This document shows, piece by piece, positions 13,365-25,979 of a stretch of DNA of 64,000 nt (positions are counted from its first letter, which is position 1; the number at the start of each line of letters is the position of its first letter). The translations under genes and the position numbers were made by a program. The notes under the pieces were generated by a model. That model had not been told where the DNA came from, searched no databases, and saw only the letters and a program-made list of their open reading frames with translations. Source of the DNA: Marsupella aquatica (lineage: Eukaryota > Plantae > Marchantiophyta); NCBI GenBank assembly GCA_973895155.1, contig OZ316898.1:7055079-7119078 (forward strand). The letters run 5' to 3'.

Positions 13365-16156
13365 TGAGATTGCAAATGACCATCATATACGAAACTTAGA
13401 TACTTCCAAAGGGGAGTTCCCTTCCATTTTAACATTTAGTGTTCCATTGTAACAACATTATTAGAGCATCTCAAGCCAGCTTTTTCTCAGAAGTTTCTCA
13501 TGACCAGACTGCTGTGAGCTGGGCTGCGGACAGAAAATCTGCAGTTCCTAAAAAAACAAAACTATCACTAACTTGGATGGTCAGTGCAGATGCTTCTGCA
13601 CTAAAGGTTGCTTTGTGCAAATGTGCCGGCACTCATTCAAAAATTGATGATGTTGAGTTTACATCTAGGCATGTGATGTGACCATCTCAACCCAAAATCC
13701 CTACGATTAAGTTTGCCATTGATAAAAGTTGGGCTTCCCAATTTCACACATAGGCATATGAAAAGAAAAGGAAACCGCTCGTTTCAGGCCCTATTGGCAG
13801 AAACGGCAAAAGAGGAGCAAAACACAAGAGGGGCATACTTAGGTATTGACTCCTCTTTTGCTATCGAGATATTTAGTAGATCTCATCATCAATTAAATGG
13901 GCTGGTTCCACATGACCACCAGTGTCTCTTTTGAAAGCACACTTTCGTCACCAAAATTGTGGTGATGTCACAACATGCTCAAGCCTAAGCAATCAACAAT
14001 AGATCCCTAGCAGTGGATACTAGTGCACTTCAGCATAGGCTTGCCCCCTTAGATCCATATCCAACTTGGAGAACAACACTAGATGCGTATGATTAGATCA
14101 CCACACTATTTTGTGGGGGAGGAAAGTATTTATTTATTATTAGCCTGAATGCCCAAACTTTGTTCATAAATAGATGGTGGGTATTCTTGGGCCTGGTCCC
14201 AGTTCCACCACCATACTTATGCCCCAATTTCCTTATCTATAGGTTTCACTTTGGACTGTAGGCTTTCGATCCCCCTCTACTCTAAGCACTTTTTCTTGTT
14301 TCTAGGCTTTTGGGGTTTGCATTGGCCTCTTCTTTTGTGTTTGTCTTGTGTGTATCTCTTTTGCTTTCACTTTTGCTTTCACTTTGTTCGGCCCTTTTTG
14401 GTAGTAGTGTACTTTATTCCTCATTGTAGCTTGTCTCTCTTACCCGATTCAAATCTAAGCTCGTTTCTTGAGATTAGGGGAAGAAACTTAGAGTGGACGT
14501 CGACCACAAAAATAGTATTTTCCTGGAACCAATATTTACGAAAGCGTGATTATGCCAGAAATTGGAAAGTTGAAATAAGAGTAGTTTTACGTCCAACCTC
14601 TCGCTTCAGCGGGCTCTGGTTTTCAATGGTGATGCGATAATCACAAAACAGTGTTCCAAGGAGTACACAATTAAAATTACAATCCTGATTGGAAATTCAA
14701 TCCCAGTGATCTGGATAGTTGCGGACGCTTCGATCCATTCATTCTTTTGCTATTTTTAGCATCTCTGTTACTTCGTTGGAAAATAAACCGAAGCTCGAAT
14801 GTCTCACAGATAGGAAACAGTTTCTAATGGCTGCTCTCTATCTACCTCACGGTTCGATGCTGTTCCATACATTTCCAAAAATCGAAGTTCTTGTTTGGAG
14901 CGCAGTATGTTATGAGATTCAACAATCTCCACCCCATACTCAGTCAAAGCGTCACTCTCCTTCTTCGATAAATTAATCGTCTGACAAAATGATTGTCCCT
15001 CGACCGTCCCCGTTGAATGCACACATCCAAGTTCATGTGATGATCATAGGTGCAACATCAAATTTTCGCAGAGACTTTGGGTCGGAGAACTGACAGTGGT
15101 CAAACACTCTGTCGTCAAACTGACTCTGTTCATCACTCGATCTCCAATGTCTTTTATCTTTTTTTCAGAAGCTGCGATAAGCTGGCTATCTCATCGAATT
15201 CTTGCAGGACGCTATAGTTTGTGACACAGCCTTGCTAGACCTGGTTCCCCTATATTGTGGATATATAACACCTAATAGATTCCTCCAGTCTGGACGCGTG
15301 CAGATTGGGGGACACCGATGTTCGGATTGGTCCTTTTCGGTGCGTACTTGTATCCATATTTCCTTCTGTATTCGTTCCATTCAATCTCTAGTGCAGTTTC
15401 AATTGCAGTTAGTTCATTGGCTGGCCTACGAGCTGACAGTCCAGGAATCAAATGTCTCCAAGGATCGATAATGTTTCCTGGCAGTATACACTCAGGTAAA
15501 TGCCTGACATCTACTTCTCCCGGTAATCTGTTCGCACTTGAAGGATGGAATGCTGGAATGCTAGGTTTAGCGTAGCGCTCGTCTACGTATCAGTAGGAAG
15601 TGTAACGCGAGGAAGACGCACAATTAAAATCGACGTTTCAAGCGTTGTGAATGCGTGAACTACTGAACTTACAGTATCAACTAACTTGGCTGCAGGGCCA
15701 CGCTCAGTCTCTACTTTGATGTGCAGCTCGGTCCTGTGACTGCAATCATCGTCAATGACGCTCTCCGCCCCCTGCATCGACGATGAATGTTGCAACGTTA
15801 CAGTATTAGATCTCGTTGATACTGCTGGCAGAGGTAAATCGTTCCATGGATGACGTTAAGGCGTTCTGGCATTTTGTCGATGAATGCAATTGTACAGTGG
15901 TGATGCGTGAACAATCTTTCTGTTATGATAACAGGTAGGGCAGCTCCATGATTCAAGGCCGAAGGCCACAGCTTTTATCCCGTAAAAACTGTCTTTCGAG
16001 GGCTCGATAAAGTGTGGACTTTCTCTCATAATGGCCGCTGAACAGCACTCCATCTGCATGTCGCCACGTTTAGCGCCTCACCCTGAACTTGTGGCGCAGG
16101 TGAAACAGATTCTTGAGCAATCTTATTGGATAATCACGAACTGAGCGACGACATTC

Positions 16157-16270
16157 ATCATAGCGACTTTAAGGTAATCTATCAACACGGCTTTGCAAGA
16201 GTGGACATATCTATCCATGGCGACTTTAAGGTAATCTGTCAACATGGCTTTGCAAAAGTGGAGATCTACA
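16157..16270. repeat. ~60-bp tandem duplication
   Basis: CAT.GCGACTTTAAGGTAATCT.TCAACA.GGCTTTGCAA.AGTGGA occurs twice, 60 bp apart. Confidence 0.75.
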
Positions 16271-17997
16271 CGGCCAAGATTTTGAGAAACGTTCCGAGCA
16301 ATTTTCACTTAATTTCTAGACTCGGTCATCATGTCCAGATTGTGGCAAACTTGGATTCGTGAAATGTTCATGTTTGCTGGAGGCAGCCCACGCAATTGAA
16401 GTTGTGTCAAGGTTATTGTCAATTGTCAATTGTAAGCGAAAAGTTTCGTGGGCTTCAGATTGATAGTAGGTCGAAACAAAAACACGAAGCATTTTCACGA
16501 TATCCCTCAATCACCGCGAGGTTTTGCAGATGAATGACGTGTACACATTCCAGAACCACATCACTTCTGCGATTTGGGACAATGGACACTGATCCAGTAG
16601 AGTGTCGTTGTGAGCTTGCCCATTTGTAAAGTTAAGGTTTGAAACTTATGCACACGTCAAACCATTCCATGTACAATCAGCTTTTCTAGAGCACCCCCAC
16701 CACTATATACAATAGTAAGGGGGGCTTTACAGGAAGAAGAGAACAAAAATTGATTGGTCACTTGCGTTTTAATTACCATACCTGTTCATTTAGACCTCCA
16801 ACTATATAGTAGTAAAGGGGCTTTACAAGGACCCTGAGAGGACAAAATTTGGCCAGTCACTCATACTTTCCCATACCTGATCCACAGGTCCTTTTAAACT
16901 ATCTCCTGACCAAAAAGGTGGTCACCTAGTGCCATCAAGATTCACCGGGAGGTTCACACTAGACCGGTGACAAATATAAAATTATTTTCTATTCCAAGAA
17001 AAATGCAGTGGCAAAATGTTCCTGTTTTTGTTTTTGAATTAAACATTGTATACATTGAAAAGTCAGTGTTTACATAAAAATGCCTAAAAATCTGCAACAC
17101 AGATTCTTACAAGGTTCCACCAGCCCTTTGCAATATTTTTTAAGTCAAATCCAAAAGTTTAATAATTATTGCCCAAATCAGGATGACAGCTAGAATGACA
17201 AAGGGAGGGAGAGGTCTAAACTTTGCCTAGGACTAAACGTTCCACATACACAGTTTTGAAGCTCATTTGGAAGATTTACTGCAGTCCATGTAGGATTGGG
17301 GAATTATTTGTGCATGTGACCTCCCAGATCCATATAAAGCCAAAGGAAAGGTCACTTAATAGGGGAAAACTGAAGCCCAGATGGTCCTCCAAGTAACTAT
17401 GACCAAATCCCCCAATGGATTCTAACAACCAGGATGGACCTTGCCGAAAAATGGTTCTGAAGTCAGAGGATACTACTACACTTCTGTTTGTAATATGACC
17501 TGTAACAAGAAGTATACCGGGTGCAGCAGGTACTCTGTTGAGTACAGACTGTAGTCTGTCCATTAAGCCTATTCAGAATTCTGAGAAGAGGATCAAACTA
17601 AGCTAAGGTACTAAGCAGACCTGCTTGGCATTGTTACCAATAATTTTTTGTGATATTTAGTCAGATCCAGTCATGAAATGCTTGTTTGTTGTGACTGATG
17701 GTTCTCAATTGTCTTTAGGGATGACATTCATATCTAGGCTTCTCAATATCCAAATCAAAGGGTTCCAAATTCTATAAAATTTACTAGTTATCTCTCAACC
17801 AATGTAGAACTTCAGCAACCTAATTTTGAGTTAATCTGTCAATGCACAAGTGGGAGCACTCTGGTGCATGAGAAAGAGTTCATCAATCTGCTTCGAAAGA
17901 ATCCAAGATCAACTATTTTAGTTTTAAGTTTCAAAGAGTTACAATGCATCAGAATTTTCAGATTTCTGTAGTACTTTTCCCGGCAGCAATTAATATT

Positions 17998-18331
17998 GTC
18001 AAATCAAAACGCAATAAAATGTGTAATACAGCGATGAATTGGAATGATCTTGGAGAGACTATCTTAATGAGCCCATAATTGTCAACATTCGTTAAGAACT
18101 AAGTGAGTAATTTGAAAATTAGATTTTGTACTCTCTGATGTGGACTTTTCGCAGAACTTTTCCCTGCAAAATTTTAATGTCACACTGTCCAGTCAAATCG
18201 CAATGAAAATTTAAGTGTATTACAGCGTTGGAAAAATCTTGAAGACCCAATTCTAATGAGCCCAAAATACTCAACATTTGTTAAATAGTGAATGAGTAAT
18301 TTAAAAAGTAAAATTTTGCAGTCTTGATGTG
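17998..18331. repeat. ~190-bp diverged tandem duplication (TE-subterminal-like)
   Basis: TCAAATC...TACAGCG...TTGGAA..ATCTTG...TAATGAGCCCA.AAT..TCAACATT.GTTAA...TGAGTAATTT.AAAA.TA.ATTTTG...TGATGTG occurs twice. Confidence 0.6.
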
Positions 18332-20099
18332 AAGGTGAACGTAGCTACAATAGAAATTTGCCTCAGCTACTTCCTTTGTGAGTTCTGTCGAGTTTTTTGG
18401 GCTGCATTGTGGAGCTTTGAGATCCACTGCTTTTCCCTGTGCTGAGTGCTCCAATGATTTCTTATGAGTTGAGCTCAACCTATTTACCAATTTTTTGCGC
18501 TGAGCTGAGCTCCCTGAAAGCAAACTTGGAAGTCCAGGTTTCACCACCATGGTTTGTCTGTCAAGGACGAAGACCATATAGAGAGGAGAAGAAGCTTTTT
18601 AATTATGTATACTTGACAGAAGCAAGTCATTCATGGTAGAAGGACACATTTCTGACCATGCCCCACTCCCACTTACGGAAGCATGCCGTGAACATGTTAG
18701 TGACTGAAACTTTTACAAAAATTCAAGTACATCCATATTCACCCTAGAGGATAAGGCCATCATCAGTTCTGTCACCCTAAATGATAAGGTCACATCACTC
18801 CTGTCATAGTACTTCGTCGTTGGATGTGTAAAGTCCATGAGGGACTTGTGATTCATTTGCTCGGTTCATTTGAGCATCCATTTCCTTCATAAGGACAGTT
18901 GTGATGAAATCTCAGAGCAAAATCTTGGAAGTGATCAAACATTTGTTGCCCTGTGGCTCTTGTAAAGCACCCCCTAAGTTACACCATCTGATGGATTTAG
19001 CCTCACATTTACAACATAGTTTTACACACTCCCACGAAGATCGAAATTAGTGCTAAGTATGCGCTTACATGTTGTTTGCATTACGTGATACATGCACAAA
19101 TTCATACTTTGCACTTATAGATATTAACAGAGTGACTCTTCTAGCTTGCAGCTAGAGTGAACCTTGAGTCATTTTTCTTTCCTCTATCCTTGCCTCTGTC
19201 CCTTGTCACATTTGAGAAGTTTCCATCCCATGTTCAAGTACATAGTTACTTTCCTTGTGAGTTCCCTACACTATTGACTGTACATCCCTATCATAAACCC
19301 TTGTCAACTATTTCATAACTGCAACATAGTGTATACCAGTTAAAAGTGCAAGCTAGCAGTTCTTCTAAGGAGTGTGCACTTCAAGACAGTTCACTTTAAT
19401 TCAAACTTGAAAAAGATTTCAGATGACCTGTGACCTATGTGACCCCGGATGTGACCTCAAAGGTCCGTGTTGGTCCATTGCCAATCTATTTAAACATTGC
19501 AAAGTATTGCCTGGATCCAACTTTAGTGTCACAATGGATAAATGCTTGTTTATTGCCAATTGGAAAAGTTTGCATTCTCGGGGGCCTCGCTCCAAGGGAG
19601 ATCCCATATCACGTGCAATTTTTTGGGTAATAAACACTATAAAAATTAGTCTGTGGACCCCTTGTTGATCCAAGGAATGTATGTAAATTTGTTTTTTCTT
19701 TGAACAAAGAAATGAGTTTTTTATTTATGCGAAATAGTTTTTTGATACATGAAGCTCGAATCCCTAATCTAGTACCTAATAGTGCCTGAGTCCCCTCTAC
19801 CTAATAGTCGACTCCTCTCTCATCACGGTTAGAGAAAGTCGCCTACTTGTTCAGCTGCTTGGATCCTCTTGGATTTGATTGGCCATCCCAATCCTAGCTC
19901 GTCTGATGTTGTAAGAATAAGAAACGCTGTAGTGAGTGGAAGCTTGGTTATGTAGGCTTGCAAGGAAATCTCAACCAGGCATGAGTGGTGCACGGGTAGA
20001 ATTTTTCAATCTAAACTTTCAGAACCTTTCAGAAAAATTAAAACTTTGCAAGACAAGTAAAATGGAGTACGAAAAGTATATCTGCCTTATTGCAGTGCT

Positions 20100-20626
20100 A
20101 AAGTGATTCACAATTACATTATCATCATTCATTGCTTTTTGAACATTTGTTGTTGATTGCTGATAATTCACGGACTGTTTACAAGCCACTTATAGGTCAC
20201 TTAAATCTCAGACAAGAGGTACACCGGTAAATTGTAGATATCTTCTAGCTTCTACTATAGCTTGGTCTAATTATTATTTAATGTCATCTAGGTTGGTCTA
20301 ATCATAACCAGTAGAGCAAGCACAAAGCACTACTAGTACTCATCACATCTGGAACTGCAAGCGGATCTGAGAGTGTGAATCTCTGTTAATGATGAAGCAT
20401 ATTTGAATGTATTCATCTCCATTTATGTGAAAATATATGAACTAATACTAATACTCAACACATTTCGAGTGCAACTGAATATGGAGGTGGCTTTACTAGA
20501 ATTCAGGGCACTAGTGAAATGTTGCAAAAATGAAGTCAGCCTCTAATAGGCACGGACAGTGATTAGCTTGTTGACATGGATTTGTTGAAAGGAAGTTTTC
20601 GAGAACCACTCTATAAATCAAATATC
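20100..20626 (-). pseudogene. Heavily decayed copia pol remnant (integrase-RT linker), left flank of the nested insertion
   Basis: Across the ATATC target site the flanks align weakly to the integrase C-terminus of the intact copy (11/18 nt at the junction). A KAMNDD segment near 20120-20138 matches the copia W..AM..EM motif at roughly the expected distance. Confidence 0.35.
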
Positions 20627-21065
20627 TGTTGAGTATAGACGATAATCGCAACGGTAAGCACATGACATATCCAACATGCAAGTAGTCGACACAAGAGATA
20701 CGTGGTTCACCTCCTTGAGGCTACGTCCACGGGAACACACAAGAGAGCTTTACTGAACTCTAAGCTCGTTGGCTATACCGAGTCTCCACAGTGTAAGCTC
20801 TCCCTATCTCTCAAGTGGCTCCATAACAATGAGCCTTGGTTCTACCTCTCCAAGCACACGTGCCTCTTATGATATAGTGTGCAACTTAGTTAACCTAACC
20901 ACATTGTTGTACCTAATCACGTAGTTGTACCTAACCATATTGTTGTACCTAATCACGTAGTTGTACCTAACCACGTAGTTGTACCAACCCACGTTGTTGT
21001 ACCAACCCACGTTGTTGTACCAACCACGTCATACCTAACCTAGACATAAGAGTAAATACCCAACA
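20627..21065 (-). repeat. 3' LTR (439 bp) with seven 18-bp U3 repeats
   Basis: TGTTGAG...TACCCAACA on +. Near-identical to 30937-31339: about 5 substitutions outside the array plus 2 extra units. Confidence 0.97.
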
Positions 21066-21080
21066 ATCTTCCCCTTGACT
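21066..21080 (-). promoter_or_regulatory. Polypurine tract
   Basis: Minus strand AGTCAAGGGGAAGAT lies immediately before the 3' LTR. Confidence 0.85.
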
Positions 21081-21255
21081 CTGGTCTAGGGGAGAATAAT
21101 ACTGCCAATGTATATGATTCCTCAGCGGGAAGTTCTGGACAAAAACCAAACCGGTTTCCCTCTCTAACTAGAGCAAACCAGAACTAAGCCGTAGCCTTAT
21201 ACATAGGAATGAGAAAGAGCATATATCAGTAATTACAATAAATGTTAAGAAAACT

Positions 21256-24200
21256 CTACTTGTGATGCAATTGCAAAACCTGCAATACGTCACGGTGTCT
21301 AGAGAAACTCTCCAAAGGAATCACTTTGGTAAATGCGTCAGTCGGGTTGAGTTTACCATCAATCTTGACTAGCTCAAACAAATTATCAGACACACCCTAC
21401 CTGATAAAATGGTACCTGACGTCAATGTGCTTCACTCTGCTGTCCATCACCTGGTTCACAGCAAGGTGGAGCGCACTTTGACTATCACAATGGAGCTTCA
21501 CATTCCCTTGTGGCAATCTCATTTCAGTGATAAGTCTATCCAACCAAATCGCTTCCTTTGCTGCTTCCACAGCTGCAACATACTCCGTTTCTGTAGTAGA
21601 CTGAGCAATACACTTCTGCAAAGTAGACCTCCAACTTATGCATCCACCGCCAAGTGTGAACACGTATCCTGTTCTTGATCTCCTTCGGTCCAAATCTTGT
21701 CCATAGTCAGAATCTACATAGCCAATCAATGATCTAGCATTCTTTGCATTCGCATCAAATAAAGGACCATGATCCACGGTACCCTTCAAGTACCTGATAA
21801 TCCACTTCACTGCTTCCCAATGTACCTTCCCTGGATTTGACATGTACCTACTTACCTTGCCCATAGCCATGGCAAGATCAGGTCTAGTGCAAGTCATCAA
21901 ATACATGAGACTTCCCACTGCCTTATCATAAGGAACCTTTGACATCAGCCCCTTCTCTGTCGCATCTGTGGGATAGAAAGCTGATGATAAATTGAAGTGT
22001 GCAGCCAAAGGGGTACTTACTGGCTTGCTATCCCCCATGTTGAACCTAGCGATTACCTTCCTCGCATAACTGCTCTGTGACAACCATAGTTTACTAGCCT
22101 CCAAGTCCCTAGTGATCTCCATACCCAAAATCCTCTTAGCTGGCCCTAGGTCCTTCATCTTAAACTCTGCACTGAGCAGTGCCTTAAGCTTAACAATCTC
22201 AGACCTATCCTTGGCCGCAATAAGCATGTCATCCACATAAAGTACTAAAACAATGAACCCAAAGACAACATTCTTCACCGGTTTCAAATACACACAAGGA
22301 TCAAATACACTTTTGTGAAAACCTTGTGACCGAATCCAATCGTCAAACCGCTTGTTCCACTGTCTTGGTGACTGCTTCAACCCATACAAGGATTTCAGCA
22401 ATCTGCAAACCAATTCCTCTTGTCCTCTCTTCACAAAACCTAGCGGTTGTCTCATGAAGATCACCTCTTCCAATGTGCCATAGAGGAAAGCTGTGACAAC
22501 ATCCATCTGATCTAGCAGCAGACCAAACATTACAACAAGTACACACAATAGTCGTATTGTAGAGTACTTAGCAACTGGTGAGAAGATCTCATTGTAATCC
22601 ACACCTTTCTCTTGTGTGAATCCTTTTGCTACCAACCTAGCCTTGTAGACCTTTGATCCACCTCCTGTGGAATTATCCTTCAGCTTGTAAATCCACTTGC
22701 TGTCCACCACTTGCTGACCCTTAGGCAGCTTAACAAGCTCCCAAGTTTTGTTGTCCTTTAGTGACTGCATCTCCGTTTGCATTGCTGCAGTCCACTTCTG
22801 CTTCTCCTTTGAAGCACTGGCCTCATGAAATGAAGAAGGTTCCCCTTCTTCCAAAATTAACGCATCACCCTCATCATCAGCTGCAAAATCATTCTCTTGC
22901 AGTTGAGATGAATCAACCCACTATCCATACCTAGGAGGAGCGCGTACAGTACGACCAAATGTTCTTCTAGCCGATGACTCCGGTTGAATTGCGTCTACTG
23001 GTACAATTTGAAGCTCAGCAGCATCCATTTGCTGCTCACCAGCATCAATAAACTCCTTTTGTTCCTCTGGCACAGGAACCAGCTCCATGCTTGGAGCACC
23101 TCCTTCTCTTCGATCATGCACTTCATGATCAATCTCTCCCTCAACGAGATCCGGGATAGGAGATTTTCCTTTGTCAGTACGGGAGACCTGAGTATTCTCC
23201 CCCTCCTTCAATAATCTGGATTCATTGAAAGAAACATCCCTACTAACAACGAGCTTACAGGCAATAGGATCCCATAACCTGTAGGCCTTCACACCACTCT
23301 GATACCCAAGAAAAATACATTTCTTGGACGTAGGATCCAACTTGGTCCTATTCTACTTTGGTGTGAGAGCATATGCATCACTTCCAAAAACTACCAAGTC
23401 ATGATAGTATGCTTGTCGCTTATAACGCATTTCAAACGGCGTTTTGAAATTGATTGCACTAGAAGGAGAAAAATTTACCAAATAAGCTGCAGTATTGACA
23501 GCTTCTGCCCAAAATTCCTGTGGTAAACATGATTGGCTCAGCATACTCCATGACCGCTCCAATAGTGTTCGATTGAGCCTCTCAGCTACACCATTCTGCT
23601 GTGGAGTATAAACTGTGGTGAGATGACGAGTTATCCCCTGTTCTGCACAGTACTCTTGAAATTCTATTGAAGTGTACTCCCCGCCGTTGTCTGACCTTAG
23701 ACTCTTCACCCTTGTATCCAAATACTTAACTGTGTTTCTTGTCTGATTCTCTACTTGGGCCTTCCACTTTGTAAAAATGGACAAGACATCAGACTTATGC
23801 GTCATGAAATACATCCATACAAATCTTGAGTAATCGTCAATAAAGGATACATAGTACAATTTTCCAAAATGTGAGGGGTCGAGGATGGTCCCCACACGTC
23901 ACTATGTATGTACTCAAGAACCGTTTTGGAATGATGAGTTCCAACACCGAAAGCACGACGATGCTGCTTTCCAAAAATGCAATGCTCACAGAAATTCAAT
24001 TTACAAGACTGCAAATCAGAAATGAGCCCATTCTTCTGCAAGATAGCCAAACCCTTCTCACTCATGTGGCCTAGCCGTGAATGCCACAATTGAGTCATTT
24101 CCTCGTGAGACTTGGTCACATTGGCCTCTCCACATACTATATTGCCTTGCAACACATACAAATTCTTCTGTCTGCGCCCCTTCAAAATCACTGTCTCTCC

Positions 24201-25501
24201 CGACATGACTTGAAGTTCACCATCAATTACTCACCATTGATGACCATTTGTATCCAACACACCGAGTGAAATCAAATTCTTACTCATGCTAGGTACGAAC
24301 CTGACTCCGGACACTGTGCGCACAATGCCATCAAACATTTGAATATTTACAGACTCAATACCCTCAACTTGACAGGAGTGATCATTTCCCATCAAAATTA
24401 AACCGTTTGACACAGAATAAGAATTGAAATACTCGCGAATGTAACAAATGTGAAAGGAGCAAGCACAATCAAGAATCCACACATCATTTGCTCTCCTAGA
24501 TGATGTGCACAGGGCATACTCCTGACTTCATAAAACATACTCATCGTTGAGTAAATCAACTTCTCCATCAACACTAGCCACATTGGCTGATGAAGATTCA
24601 ACTGCCTTACCCTTACAATCCCTCTTAATGTGGCCAGTCTTGCCACACTTCCAGCATACCACCGGCTTCCTCTCTTGGGACTTCCCCCTTGAAGCAAATC
24701 TTGTCCTAGATTTACTTCTTCCCCTGCCATTCGTGTGGTGCTCTGAATGCTTCTGTGACCTTCCACGATTCACATTCAAGACAGCACCAGACGACGATGA
24801 TGGCTGAGAGGGCATGGTCAATTTCTGCTGCAAGTCATCAGTCAACAGAGCACTTACAACTTCATTGTAAGTGATAGTCTTCCTGTCACGATGAAATAGC
24901 ACTCGTGACAATGACTGATACGACAAGGGTAAAGAGCTAAGCAAGTGAAGAGCCTGCCGCTCATCACTCAAATCCTCCCCCAAATTTTGCAAATCAACGA
25001 CCAGGTTGTTGAAACCATCGATATGGTCCTGAATCTTTGCACTTCCCTCCATCTTGAAGCTCATAAGCTTCAAAGATATGTAGAGCCGATTCGATAGCTT
25101 CTTTTGATGGTACTTTTGCTCCAACGCGGCAAACAATGATGCACAATTGACATGGTCTGCCAATTGCTTGATGACATTAGACTGAAGATAGAGCATCACG
25201 GTGCTCACAGCCTGCTCCTGCATGTCCTGCCAATCATCATTGTCGACATCATTTGGCTGGTCCTTCAGCAATTTCCCAAGCCCGGTCGCACGGAGTACCC
25301 CTTCACTTGTCGCTCCCACAACAAGTAGTCCGTGCGGCCATCGTATTTTGTAACCTCAAACTTGGGACCTCCAAGCTTGACTGTCCCCATCCTTTTTCTT
25401 GTCATTCGCCGCAATACCGGTGACCACAATTCCGCTAGATCTTCTGCTTCCTCCTCTGTTCTCTCCGGTGACTCAATAGAACCCTCCTCCAAGTCACTCA
25501 T
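21256..25501 (-). pseudogene. Copia gag-pol (Gag with CCHC knuckle, protease, GAG-pre-integrase, integrase, RT, RNase H), disrupted
   Basis: Motifs CWKCGKTGHIKRDC, WILDCACSFH, LWHSRLGHMSE...CEHC, LRSDNGGEY, TPQQNGVAER, KARLVAKGF, LYVDDMLI, YVDSDY and KHIDVRYHFIR. Frameshifts near 25290 and 23885. In-frame stops at 24528, 24231, 23353, 22921 and 21397. Confidence 0.95.
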
Positions 25502-25979
25502 GTGAGAAATCAAGAAAAATGATGTTTTTCTTAACTTCTCAAAAAACTCAAAGGTTATCACTGCCACGTAGCCCACGAGCCTAGTTTTCCAATGCTTGTC
25601 AACAACGAATGTTGATGAATTGCACTCGGTGCCGTCACCAAGTCCAACAAGGTAAATGATTTTTTTTAGCCTTCCTCTTCGCATCAAGAGCCAATCCCGG
25701 ACTCAAAACAATTGTCTTGCCTCAATCTCTCCGTTGAGTCAAAATACTTGATGCTTCTCCCTCCGAGTCGATTGCAACAACAAGAAATCCCGCTCAGGCA
25801 AAAGAAGACTCCATGTGATGCCTAGACAGGAATCACTTGGCCAGTTAAGTGAGTAAAGCAGAAAGGCACCCTAGAAACACCTTAGTATAGGGACAAAACA
25901 AGGAAAATATAAACAATTAGGGGCGACCATAGAACCCGGGCCGAGGCCGGAGGTAAGGACACTGGGGGTGAAAACTTGA

